From the NCBI GenBank assembly GCA_963205105.1, contig CAUJJW010000274.1, positions 2,377 through 66,376 of the forward strand: 64,000 nucleotides of DNA, in the 5' to 3' direction. Positions 9,854 through 19,025 of the stretch are shown piece by piece. The position numbers and the translations under genes are program-made. The notes beneath the pieces are model-generated. The model did not search any database, was not told the DNA's origin, and saw only the letters and a list, made by a program, of their open reading frames with translations. Within the stretch, counting starts at the first letter, position 1; the number at the start of each line of letters is the position of its first letter. This stretch comes from Verrucomicrobiota bacterium. GTDB taxonomy: Bacteria > Verrucomicrobiota > Verrucomicrobiia > Limisphaerales > CAIMTB01.

Positions 9854-11632
9854 TCAATGCGTGTCGAAGATCGCCTGGTAGGCCTTCACCTTCGCCCGGA
9901 TCGCCGACAGTTCGTCGGTCGTGGGCTTGGCTGGGTCCTTGGCCGGAGGCAGCGCGCCCAATTTGAGCAGAGAAGCCATTAAGAGCAAACGGGCCTTGGT
10001 CGCGGTCAGGTTGTTGCCTTCGATGATCAAGTCTTCCTCGTTGCGCCGCATAAAACCCTGGGGATTCCCACGGTTCACTTTCACCACCGGAAACCCGGTC
10101 AGTGCCGCGAGCCGCAACGAATCCTCCACCGGCGCCGTGAGTCCCCCGCCGGTCACGCCTTCCTGAACAAACCCCGCCAGGGGTTCTTCCTTCAGGTTCG
10201 CCTCCACCCGGGCCATCACATCGACTTCGGTTTCCCCTGACGCGAAGGGGTCCGTGTCCCGCCAGCGGGAGGCCTTTACGATGCCGACAAAAGGCATCGC
10301 CTCCGGCCGCAGCGTCCCATCCGGCTCCTTCACCAACACTTCCACCGTTTGAATCCCCGCACCCTCCCGTTTCACCCCGGTCACTTTCGCAGGCAACGCC
10401 GTGACCCGGACATCCGAGAGGTAGGTGTGCTTCCGGTTGGGAATGAAGGTGACCACCGTGTCGTAACCCACGGCACCCAGGATGCCGCCGAAGCCGCCAC
10501 TCGCCACATAGCCACCCGGGCGAGCGTCGCCCTTCTGCACTTCCCGCCCTGAGAACACCACCTGATCGACGATCAACACGCCACCCAGACGGTTCCGGCC
10601 CGCATCGTCCGCCCATTTCTTGGAGAGAATGTACTGCACGCCATGGACGATGTTGCCATCGCCGTCCGCGCTGATGTAACCGCGTGCCCGCTGGGCACTG
10701 TGACACACCAACGGGTACGTGGTGTCGATCAGCAGATGGAGCCAGTAGGTGGTTTCCTCCACGTTCGGACTGCCTTCCAGCCAGACACCTCCAGCGTACT
10801 CACCGCTCGCCATGGCCTTCTGGATCATCATCGTCGCCAAAGCCAAACGCCCCCGTGGCGCATCGGCCCGATGCTCCCCGTAGCGGAAGAAATCCTTCCC
10901 TCTCGTCTCCGGAGGAATGTCGCCGGTCCCATGGTCCGTGCGTTTCGACGCCGACAGCCCCTTGGTGTAGCCACCCGAAGGAGCCGCCCGATAGAAATCG
11001 AAATCCGCCAGGCCCAGAATCTTCCCGCCATTGCGCTCGATCTCTTCCACAATGCGCGAGGCATCGGGATAGAACGTCTGACGGGATTGTTCGAAAGGTG
11101 CCCCCTTGTAAGCGCCCGCTTCGTCCCACGGCTTGCCATCCTTCTGAACCGCCATGTAGGGCAGCGGGTACAGACCATCTTCAGGCTTCAGCTGAATGGC
11201 GTAAACGGGTCGGTCTGTCGCTGCCACCCAGTTGGTCCGGAACGCGCCGCTCGCGTCCAGATAACCGTCCGGTGGACCGTACAGTTCCGCGACATCCGCT
11301 TCCAACGGGTGCGCTGAAAACGCCTCGACGTACACCGTCGCCGGCGCCGCCAGACGTTGCGGATAGAGCCGATCGAACGGCAGCGGCTTGCCGTCCGCTC
11401 CCTTGAGAAGCTCCAAGCCGCGCTCGCGGCGTGCCTTGTTGCTGGTGATCAGCGCATAGGAGTTCTGAATCGTCGCCGTCGGCCCCGAGAAGATGGCGAT
11501 CTTCGGTTTCGGACCGGTTGCCGCCGGCTTCGACTCAGCTGCGCCAGCCACCGATGCGGTGAAGGAGAGGGCGGCCACCGCCGCCGCCCACAACCATTGA
11601 CCAGTTCTCTCCGGCGCCGCTCGCCTGTCCAT
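9854..11632 (-). CDS. Exported, divergent asparaginase-fold protein (~590 aa, large insertion)
   Basis: Signal-like N-terminus (MDRRAA...WLWAAAVAALSFTASVAGA). It has IFSGPTATIQNS where GGTI is expected, WLEGSPNVEET where HGTDT is expected, VQKGDA (conserved Lys) and a C-terminal NNLTATKARLLLMASL. The ORF-track extension to 11866 overlaps the upstream gene and a repeat. Confidence 0.72.
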   Translation of the reverse strand: MDRRAAPERTGQWLWAAAVAALSFTASVAGAAESKPAATGPKPKIAIFSGPTATIQNSYALITSNKARRERGLELLKGADGKPLPFDRLYPQRLAAPATVYVEAFSAHPLEADVAELYGPPDGYLDASGAFRTNWVAATDRPVYAIQLKPEDGLYPLPYMAVQKDGKPWDEAGAYKGAPFEQSRQTFYPDASRIVEEIERNGGKILGLADFDFYRAAPSGGYTKGLSASKRTDHGTGDIPPETRGKDFFRYGEHRADAPRGRLALATMMIQKAMASGEYAGGVWLEGSPNVEETTYWLHLLIDTTYPLVCHSAQRARGYISADGDGNIVHGVQYILSKKWADDAGRNRLGGVLIVDQVVFSGREVQKGDARPGGYVASGGFGGILGAVGYDTVVTFIPNRKHTYLSDVRVTALPAKVTGVKREGAGIQTVEVLVKEPDGTLRPEAMPFVGIVKASRWRDTDPFASGETEVDVMARVEANLKEEPLAGFVQEGVTGGGLTAPVEDSLRLAALTGFPVVKVNRGNPQGFMRRNEEDLIIEGNNLTATKARLLLMASLLKLGALPPAKDPAKPTTDELSAIRAKVKAYQAIFDTH

Positions 11633-11643
11633 GAACCGGTCGT

Positions 11644-11699
11644 CCGTAGCGGCGGGCGTCTCGCCTGCCGTAGAGGGGGGCGTCTCGCCCCCCGGAATC
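11644..11699. repeat. 56-bp REP-like palindromic element, copy 1
   Basis: The reverse complement matches 52725-52780 with 3 mismatches. Internal hairpin GGGGGGCGTCTCGCCCCCC plus a second GGCGGGCGTCTCGCCTGCC unit. Confidence 0.8.
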
Positions 11700-11787
11700 A
11701 ACGATGCATGAGCGGAGGGCATAGCTCCGAAACCCAAGTGTCTGCCCATGATCCCAGGGTGCACCGTTCGCATCGGGGTTCGCATGT

Positions 11788-13425
11788 TCAGATCGGTACG
11801 GGTTGATAGCCGCCCAACGCCTTTTCGAGATGCGCCATCGCCGCAAAGACCACGTGCTCGGTCCACGGCCGTCCCACCACCTGGACCCCGATGGGAAGCT
11901 TGTTCTTGCAGGAGCCTCCCCGGACGACGCCCGCCGGGTATCCCGTGATGTTGTAGATGGACGTGAAGCTCGCTCCGGGCAGTTCGGTCACCTTGTCCGG
12001 ATCACCGATCATCGGGAGCGGGGTGGAACGAACGGGCGAGATCAGGAGGTCATACTTCTCCATGAAGGTGAGAATCTCTGTTTTGATCGCGTCCTGCGTC
12101 TCCAGCATCGCGATGTACTCGGCCACCGGCACCTGCGGTTGGTCGAATTTGCGCGCCGGTCCCGGAACAATGGTCTTGTACCGCTCCGTCAGGCGCTTCT
12201 GCCATGCGTTGCCGTCGCCGGTCGTCAACTTTCGGCGCAGTTCGTTGGCCTCCATGATCCGGGGCGGAACATCTTCCGCCATGGAACAGCCAGCCGCTTC
12301 CAGTGCCTTGGCCGCGGCCTGGATCACCGCCACCACTTCGCTCGCGGAACCAGCCGCCCCGGGTCCCTGCTGCGTGTAGAACGCCACCCGAAGCCCCCCG
12401 ATCTTCACCACTTTCATGTCCTCCAACGGCACGGCCTGAATTGCCGCGTCGATGTAGTCAGGACCGCTGATGATCGGCAGAATCGTCGCCAAATCCTCCA
12501 CCCGCCGCGCCATCGGCCCCAGCTGCTGGTAGCTGTCGAATGTACCACCGTAGTCGATGATGTGACCCGTGCGAGGAACCCGGCCCGAAGTGGGCTTGAT
12601 CCCGGCAATCCCGCAGGCATGCGACGGACCCCGGATGCTGCCACCAAAGTCCGATCCGATGTCGAACGAAGCACCACCCGCAGCGACAATCGCTCCCGCC
12701 CCACCGCTGGACCCATAGACCGTGTAGCGCGGGTCGTAGGGGTTTCGGGTCATCCCGTAGAGGATATTGGCCGTGGTTCCCAGACCGGAAACACCGCCGG
12801 TGGTGAACTCCGGGGTGTTGGTCTTGCCCAACAAAATGGCACCGGCGGCACGCAGGCGGGCGACAACGGTCGCGTCTCGTGGAGGAACGTAATGCGAGCG
12901 ACCCTGCGTGCCACCGGTGGAAATCACACCTTCCGTCTCAATGGAGTCCTTAATGGTCATCGGCACCCCGTGCAGCGGGCCCTTGACCTGACCTTTCGAA
13001 AGCGCTTCATCCGCCGACTTCGCCTCGGCGAGCGCCCGTTCGAAGCACGGCATCACCACCGCGTTCAGCATCGGATCGACCTTCTGGATCCGATCGATGT
13101 GCAGCTTCACGACTTCCGTCGACGATATCTTCTTTTCCCGAATCATCTGGGCCAGACGCGTCGCCGACATGAACAACGGGTTGTCCGAGGTGTCGGCCGA
13201 CGCGCGATAGGTCCCCGCGGCCAGAGCGCCGCCGATGACGCCGCTCACCGAAGCCACGGCGGAGGGGCGGGTGCGGGTGCGGCGGCGGAAGAGGTCGCGA
13301 CGTGAGATCCCCGGCCGGGATTCGGCGGTGCGCGGCGTGGAACCAACGGCAGGACTTACGGTTTCAGGAGAGGTGTGCATGGGTTGAGGAGGAGGAAAGG
13401 GTTTCGGTGATCGGGACCAGGGCAT
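11788..13425 (-). CDS. Amidase-signature (AS) family amidase, Tat-type clade
   Basis: PMTIKDS (Lys), GSSGGAGA (cis-Ser) and GSDFGGSIRGP (nucleophile Ser). Twin-Arg motif SRRDLF. ATG overlaps the upstream TGA (TGATG). Confidence 0.93.
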   Translation of the reverse strand: MPWSRSPKPFPPPQPMHTSPETVSPAVGSTPRTAESRPGISRRDLFRRRTRTRPSAVASVSGVIGGALAAGTYRASADTSDNPLFMSATRLAQMIREKKISSTEVVKLHIDRIQKVDPMLNAVVMPCFERALAEAKSADEALSKGQVKGPLHGVPMTIKDSIETEGVISTGGTQGRSHYVPPRDATVVARLRAAGAILLGKTNTPEFTTGGVSGLGTTANILYGMTRNPYDPRYTVYGSSGGAGAIVAAGGASFDIGSDFGGSIRGPSHACGIAGIKPTSGRVPRTGHIIDYGGTFDSYQQLGPMARRVEDLATILPIISGPDYIDAAIQAVPLEDMKVVKIGGLRVAFYTQQGPGAAGSASEVVAVIQAAAKALEAAGCSMAEDVPPRIMEANELRRKLTTGDGNAWQKRLTERYKTIVPGPARKFDQPQVPVAEYIAMLETQDAIKTEILTFMEKYDLLISPVRSTPLPMIGDPDKVTELPGASFTSIYNITGYPAGVVRGGSCKNKLPIGVQVVGRPWTEHVVFAAMAHLEKALGGYQPVPI

Positions 13426-15002
13426 CACTTCGACGCGAACATTGTTCCGGGCGGTTTCCAGCCACCGGTCTTTTCGAGGTGATGAGCGGCGGCCAGGATG
13501 ACGTCTTCTTTCCAGGGTTGGCCCACGATTTGAATGCCGAGGGGCAAGCCTTCAGCGGAGGTTCCATAGCGCACCACGACGGCGGGCCAGGTGGTCAGGT
13601 TGTAGATGGAGGTGTACCCGGCGTTCTGCGGGACCGGCTTGGCATGCGCCGGGGCCGGGAACGCGTTCGTCGGGCAGAGAATCAAGTCGTAGTCCTTCAT
13701 CCAGCCCAGCAACCGACTGCGCAGCGCATCCTGACGCTCCATATAATCGGTGAATTCCGAGGTCGGGATGGTGATCCCGGTCAGGTTGTCCTTGATGCCT
13801 GGCGACGGCTCCTTCGTTCCGGCGCGATCGAGCAGCCGCTGGTACCAGGCGCCGCCATCGGCCTTGGTCAGTTTGTTCCGGATCTGGTTGCCAAGGGCGT
13901 CTCCCCCATGGAAGTCCTCCTTCACCCGGGCACCCAGTTCCGCGAAGACCTTCGCAGCCGCGCGGACCATCGCCTGCGTCTCCGGGGTGGGAGTGACCAC
14001 CTGATTGTCCACGTAGTAGGCCACCCGCAGCCCCTTCAGATCGACGGACGCCGGGTCGCCCAACGGCGCGGGAACTGCGGCTGCGTCCCGGAAATCCGGC
14101 CCCGAAATGATCGGAAGGATGGTGACGATATCCTCCACCCAGCGCGCCAGAGGCCCGAGCTGCTGGTAGGAGTCGAACGCACCTCCGTACCCCGGCCAAT
14201 GGCCCGTGCGAGGCACCCGGCCCGTGGTCGGTTTCAAACCCACGATGCCGCAGGCATGGGCTGGCGACCGGATGCTACCACCGAAATCGGACCCGATATC
14301 GAACGCCGAACCGCAGGCCGACACAATGGCGCCGGCGCCACCGCTCGAACCCCGAGGCGTGTGTGCCGTGTTGTAAGGGTTGTTGGTCTGTCCGTAGACC
14401 AGGTTGTAGGTGCCGCGCGTGCCGCCGCCCAAGGTGAATTCAGGGGTGTTGCTCTTTCCCAGCAGGATCGCCCCGCCTTTCCTGAGTCGCGCCACCACCG
14501 TCGCGTCCTTCGAAGGAATGTACTTCTTCAGTCCAAGCGAACCCGCGGTGCTCAGCACACCCTCGGTTTCCAGCGAGTCCTTGATGGTGAACGGGACGCC
14601 ATGGAGCGGACCCGCCACCTCACCCCGGGCCAGCTTGGCATCCGCCGCTTTCGCCTCGGCCTTGGCGCGGTCGGCGCACAAGGCCACCACCGCGTTGATC
14701 CGTGGATTCACCACCTCAATCTGCTTCAGGTAGGCTTCCACCACTTCCACCGACGACACCTGCTTCTCCCGAATCATCCGGCCGAGTTCGGTCGCTGATT
14801 TCGACACGAGATCGGAACCGGTGGGTACTGCGAAACCCGACGGCGTGAAGCGCGTCATCGCCATCGCGCCACCCGCTACGGCCGCGGCTCCGATGAATCG
14901 CCGACGAGAAACGGACGACCGGGCTCCCTGCGTGCGGCCTTCCAGGGAGGGTTCAGGTGGGACGGAGGGATCAAGAGGCTGATGGGACATGGCAGGATGC
15001 AT
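13425..15002 (-). CDS. AS family amidase, Tat-type clade
   Basis: PFTIKDS, RGSSGGAGA and GSDFGGSIRSP. SRRRFIGAAAVAGG twin-Arg signal. Alternative start at 14990. Confidence 0.94.
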   Translation of the reverse strand: MHPAMSHQPLDPSVPPEPSLEGRTQGARSSVSRRRFIGAAAVAGGAMAMTRFTPSGFAVPTGSDLVSKSATELGRMIREKQVSSVEVVEAYLKQIEVVNPRINAVVALCADRAKAEAKAADAKLARGEVAGPLHGVPFTIKDSLETEGVLSTAGSLGLKKYIPSKDATVVARLRKGGAILLGKSNTPEFTLGGGTRGTYNLVYGQTNNPYNTAHTPRGSSGGAGAIVSACGSAFDIGSDFGGSIRSPAHACGIVGLKPTTGRVPRTGHWPGYGGAFDSYQQLGPLARWVEDIVTILPIISGPDFRDAAAVPAPLGDPASVDLKGLRVAYYVDNQVVTPTPETQAMVRAAAKVFAELGARVKEDFHGGDALGNQIRNKLTKADGGAWYQRLLDRAGTKEPSPGIKDNLTGITIPTSEFTDYMERQDALRSRLLGWMKDYDLILCPTNAFPAPAHAKPVPQNAGYTSIYNLTTWPAVVVRYGTSAEGLPLGIQIVGQPWKEDVILAAAHHLEKTGGWKPPGTMFASK

Positions 15003-15053
15003 GGATTCGCTTGGGGTTGGATGAGGTTGGAGTTGGAGGTTGTTGGGCTCGCC

Positions 15054-16142
15054 CTACGGGACGCGGGTGGTCGGAGTGAACCAATACGGCTTGGAATCCT
15101 GGGTGAAGGCCCGCTTCGGGATCATGCCATGGATGCCTTTGGTGCCATCCACGACCTGTGTCACCCGGAAATCCACGCCGATGCTGGAGAAGGTGAATGA
15201 CTTGAAGAAATCCCAGCCACGCCATTCACCGAGAAAATCCACCGTTTCGAGAATGGCCATGCGCATGGCGTCGTCGAGGTCGGGATCCAGGCCGAAAGTC
15301 AGGTAGTGGGTCGCCGTCTCGGCGCGCGGCGCCTTGAGGGTTCGCCCCTTGTGGAGAAAGAACTGAAGCACCGCGGTATTGGCGGTTTCGATGGCGTTGA
15401 CCGTCACTTCGCCATCGCCCTGCGCGGCGTGGGCATCCCCGGTGAAAAACAGTCCGCCCTTGTGGAAGACCGGCAGATACAGCGTTGCGCCCGTGGTGAG
15501 TTCCTTGCAGTCCAGGTTGCCACCGAACCGTCCGGGAGGACCGCTTCGGCGGTTTGCACCTTCCTCGGCCGGGGGCAGAGTTCCCATCACACCCATGAAG
15601 GGCCCCAGGGGGATCTCCACACCGGGCTCGAAAAGGCCCACGTTCCGTTCCAAGTCCAGGTGCACCACCTTGGTGAACGGCCGCGGCACTTTATCCGGGA
15701 TACCACCCCGCCCCGGCATGGTCCCCACCGTCCCGTAAGGGATGCGCGGCACCACTGAAAGAATCCGAACCTCAATCGAATCTCCCGGTTCAGCCCCTTC
15801 GATGGCCACAGGCCCGACCAGGAGATGGCCATTGGTGATGCCAGCATAGCGCGGCGTCTCCGCCAGCACCCGGATCGTCTCGGCAAGACAGGCCTGATTC
15901 GTCGTGATCGCGACTCCATTGTCCTTCAACCACTCCGTCGGCCCCTTGTCGGTGGTCCAGCGAGCACCCCCGCCCGTGTCGAACGTCACGGTATCCCCCG
16001 AGCGAACCGTTAGGATGGGCTGCTTCTGCGACGGGAAGTTGCCAATGGCCGAGTTCTCGGGGGTGAGCGCCACGTGGTGCTCAGCCGCCCCAGAACTCAC
16101 AAGAGTGGCTGCCAGCACCAGAATAAGACGAAGTAGGGTCAT
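15054..16142 (-). CDS. Acetamidase/formamidase (FmdA/AmdA) family protein with signal peptide
   Basis: GHLLVGPVAIEGAEPGD, PFMGVMG, GRFGGNLD and GDAHAAQGDGEV..AIET family motifs. N-terminus MTLLRLILVLAATLVSSGAA is Sec-like. Confidence 0.88.
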   Translation of the reverse strand: MTLLRLILVLAATLVSSGAAEHHVALTPENSAIGNFPSQKQPILTVRSGDTVTFDTGGGARWTTDKGPTEWLKDNGVAITTNQACLAETIRVLAETPRYAGITNGHLLVGPVAIEGAEPGDSIEVRILSVVPRIPYGTVGTMPGRGGIPDKVPRPFTKVVHLDLERNVGLFEPGVEIPLGPFMGVMGTLPPAEEGANRRSGPPGRFGGNLDCKELTTGATLYLPVFHKGGLFFTGDAHAAQGDGEVTVNAIETANTAVLQFFLHKGRTLKAPRAETATHYLTFGLDPDLDDAMRMAILETVDFLGEWRGWDFFKSFTFSSIGVDFRVTQVVDGTKGIHGMIPKRAFTQDSKPYWFTPTTRVP

Positions 16143-16181
16143 GGAAAGAGTGGGTGGGAGACTGTGATGAAGGAGACTATG

Positions 16182-16272
16182 ATAGGACGCATGAGACCAA
16201 TGGGACCTATAGTGAGTGCGCTCGGGGCTGAGTGACGGTCGACATAGGTCCCATAGGTCGTATTGGTCCCAT
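16182..16272. repeat. Inverted pair of 9-bp periodic arrays (ATRGGACCW x3 ... inverse x3)
   Basis: Left arm ATAGGACGC ATGAGACCA ATGGGACCT AT and right arm ATAGGTCCC ATAGGTCGT ATTGGTCCC AT form an intergenic, potentially long stem-loop. Confidence 0.75.
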
Positions 16273-16288
16273 TCCCCATTCCCCAGCC

Positions 16289-17869
16289 TCAGTACTCAAA
16301 GTCCTCCCCGGGCAGTGCCGGCGTCGTGGCTGGCACCCGGCGTTGCGGGTACACCGCCTCAAAGCCCGCCGCGACCCGGAGCAGTTTTGGCTCGGTCCAG
16401 GGACGCCCGAGGATCTCGAGCCCGATCGGTAGTCCTGCCGGCGTAAAGCCCGCCGGGACAATGAACGCCGGCAAGCCGGTCACCGGGCTCGTCTGGTTCG
16501 GCTGATACTTGCTCGTCGGAGCATCCCGATGGCCGATCAGCAGAGGACCATGGAGCTTGTGCGGGTAGATGAGGGCATCCAGCCGGTAGCGGTCCATGAG
16601 TTCGATCAACATCTCCTTGAGCGCAGCCTTCGCCTCCAAAGCGGCGCGATACTCAGGGTCACGGTTCAGATCACGCGGTTTCGCCGCCGCCTGGATGATT
16701 TCCGGCCGCACCGGGTGGATGGTGTTGGCGATCATTTCCTGCACGTTCTTGAACTTGGCCGTCGGACCCTGCCTCGCCAGATACCGGTTGATCGCATCCA
16801 CCCGCTCGTAGCGACTGGGCGAGGCATTGGTGAGATATCGAGGGAGATCAATGCCCAGGCTGACACCACGCACGACCTGCGCGCCGGCCTTCTCGATGGC
16901 GGCGTACGCCTTGTCGAAAAGTTCCACAGCGCCATCCTCCACGGGCTTGAAGTCGTAGGCTTCCTTCAACACACCCAGACGCGCCCCTCGCAGACCGTTG
17001 GTCACCACAAAACTCGTGTACGGCTCCAGCGGCATCTTTCCCAGACTCTGGGCGGTCCAAAGATCCGCCGAATCGAATCCCGCAATCACATCCAACATGG
17101 CGGCGACGTCGTACACCGATCTCGCCATCGGGCCACCGCGCTCACCGGTGATGTAGCTCCACATCTGACCGTCGCGGCTGATCAGACCGGAGGTGGTGGA
17201 AATGCCGCACAGATTCCCATCCGAGGTCGGCGTCCGTATCGAGAATCCGGTTTCGCTGCCCAGGCCGACCGGGGCGAAATAAGCGGCCAATCCGGCCGAA
17301 GTCCCGCTGCTGGACCAGCCTGGAGTGCGATCCAAGGCATGCGGGTTGAGCGAGGATCCCCCCAGGCTGCTGCTGGCGATGATGTCCGTCGCCCCGTACC
17401 AGTCGCTCTGGTTCACCTTCGCCAAAATGATCGCACCGGCTTCCCGCAGCTTCGCGATGATGAAGGCATCCTTGGTCGGTTGCGCATCCGCCATCGCCTT
17501 GAACCCGCCGCTGGTCGGCATGTCGGCCGTGTCGAACACATCTTTGGCGATCACCGGAACCCCATGCAGCGGACTCCGGGGCCCCTTGGCTCGACGCTCC
17601 GCATCCAAGGCTCTGGCCGTCTCCAGGGCCTTGGGATTCAGAGCCAGAACCGCCTTGATCGTTGGTCCCTTCTGATCGTAGGCCTCGATCCGGTTCAGGT
17701 AGAGCTGCACGAGCTTCTCCGACGTCAGCGCTCCTGCCTCGAAGGCAGCCTGAATGTCTCGAAGCGAAGCGTTGCGAAGTTGAAATTGGGCCGCCCCAGC
17801 GCTCAGCACCGCCAGCGTCAGGGCCGCACTCGCGAGCGAAAAACTCTTCCACCAGGTTCGGTAAGTCAT
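16289..17869 (-). CDS. AS family amidase, Sec-type (peptide-amidase-like) clade
   Basis: PVIAKDVFD, GWSSSGTSA and GSETGFSIRTP. Signal ...AALTLAVLSAGA, then LRNASLRDIQAAF. Start taken at MTYRTWW. Confidence 0.92.
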   Translation of the reverse strand: MTYRTWWKSFSLASAALTLAVLSAGAAQFQLRNASLRDIQAAFEAGALTSEKLVQLYLNRIEAYDQKGPTIKAVLALNPKALETARALDAERRAKGPRSPLHGVPVIAKDVFDTADMPTSGGFKAMADAQPTKDAFIIAKLREAGAIILAKVNQSDWYGATDIIASSSLGGSSLNPHALDRTPGWSSSGTSAGLAAYFAPVGLGSETGFSIRTPTSDGNLCGISTTSGLISRDGQMWSYITGERGGPMARSVYDVAAMLDVIAGFDSADLWTAQSLGKMPLEPYTSFVVTNGLRGARLGVLKEAYDFKPVEDGAVELFDKAYAAIEKAGAQVVRGVSLGIDLPRYLTNASPSRYERVDAINRYLARQGPTAKFKNVQEMIANTIHPVRPEIIQAAAKPRDLNRDPEYRAALEAKAALKEMLIELMDRYRLDALIYPHKLHGPLLIGHRDAPTSKYQPNQTSPVTGLPAFIVPAGFTPAGLPIGLEILGRPWTEPKLLRVAAGFEAVYPQRRVPATTPALPGEDFEY

Positions 17870-17873
17870 GGAA

Positions 17874-19016
17874 TCAGTACTGTTCAAAAACCCGCCGCAC
17901 ACCGTTCAGATCCGCACCCTTCGCCAAGGCCATCTGCAGCAACATCCGCGCTTTCTCAGGTTGGAAGTTGTCGCCGGGGACGATGGACGATTCGCGCCGA
18001 CGCGGGGTGTCCTGCACCCGACCGCTCCGAGTCCGGGTGGTCGCCACAACAATGACTCCCTTTTCCTGAGCTCGCTTTACCGCCTCGGATTGCCCACCGG
18101 CCAGGGCGCCGGCCCCTGTCCCGTCAATCACCACGCCCTTCGCCCCATTCGAAACCATCGCATCCAGCAAATAGCCGGGGGCATCGGTGTAGCCGTAAAG
18201 AATCTCCACCGCGGGGAGTGCTTCCGGCAGACCCGCCAAATGGAACTCCGAGGCATGGGTGTGCCGCCTGAGTGGTGCGGTGTGGAACACCACACGATCC
18301 GGATCCACCACCCCGAGAATCCCAAGGTCCGGACTGCGAAACGCCTCCACGCGGTAGGCGCTCATCTTCATCACGTCCCGGGCGGCGTTGATGTTCTGGT
18401 TCATCACGTGAAGAACCCCCATTCCCTCCGCGGACGGCGTCGCCGCCACCCGAACCGCATTGAAGAGATTCAAGGGACCATCGCCGCTCAACCCGGACCA
18501 GGGCCGCTGGGAACCCACAAAAACAATGGGCTTCCGGGTGTTCACCGCCAGGTTCATGAACCAGGCAGTCTCCGCCATGGTGTTGGTCCCGTGGGTCACC
18601 ACCACGCCGTCCACGGTCGGATCATTGACCAGTTCCTGAACACGGGCCGTCACCTTGCGAATATGTGCCGTGGTCATCCCGCCCGCCGACCGTCCCGCCA
18701 CGTCTTCGGGCGCTCGCTGGTCGTCCGGTGTCACGCGGGCCACCAGGGCAAGTTCCGGCAAGGCATCCACCCAATCCTGGGGCGCCACCCGATTGCCGGG
18801 GCCGCCGTAGTTGTTCAGGTTCATCCGGCTCGTCGCCTTGCTGGCGATCGTGCCCCCCATGGACACCAACATCACCCGCGGGAGATTCAGACCCGGAGGC
18901 AAAACCTTTGGGATCTCCTGACCTCGTACACTGCGGCCAATACCCGCCAACACTGCCCCTCCGAGCAGCGCCTGACGCAACGCCGACCGTCGATTCATGG
19001 TTCGTTCAAGGCTCAT
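17874..19016 (-). CDS. Type II asparaginase/glutaminase-fold protein with Tat signal
   Basis: SMGGTIAS, VVTHGTNTMAET, VFVGSQRP, RDVMK and PEKARMLL. NRRSALRQALLGG twin-Arg signal. Alternative start at 18998. Confidence 0.88.
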   Translation of the reverse strand: MSLERTMNRRSALRQALLGGAVLAGIGRSVRGQEIPKVLPPGLNLPRVMLVSMGGTIASKATSRMNLNNYGGPGNRVAPQDWVDALPELALVARVTPDDQRAPEDVAGRSAGGMTTAHIRKVTARVQELVNDPTVDGVVVTHGTNTMAETAWFMNLAVNTRKPIVFVGSQRPWSGLSGDGPLNLFNAVRVAATPSAEGMGVLHVMNQNINAARDVMKMSAYRVEAFRSPDLGILGVVDPDRVVFHTAPLRRHTHASEFHLAGLPEALPAVEILYGYTDAPGYLLDAMVSNGAKGVVIDGTGAGALAGGQSEAVKRAQEKGVIVVATTRTRSGRVQDTPRRRESSIVPGDNFQPEKARMLLQMALAKGADLNGVRRVFEQY

Positions 19017-19025
19017 GGTCGTGTT

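Noticed and set aside
11633-11866. ORF-track N-terminal extension of the asparaginase-like protein
   Set aside because: It overlaps the upstream amidase end and reads through a REP-like element that also occurs at 52725 in non-coding context.
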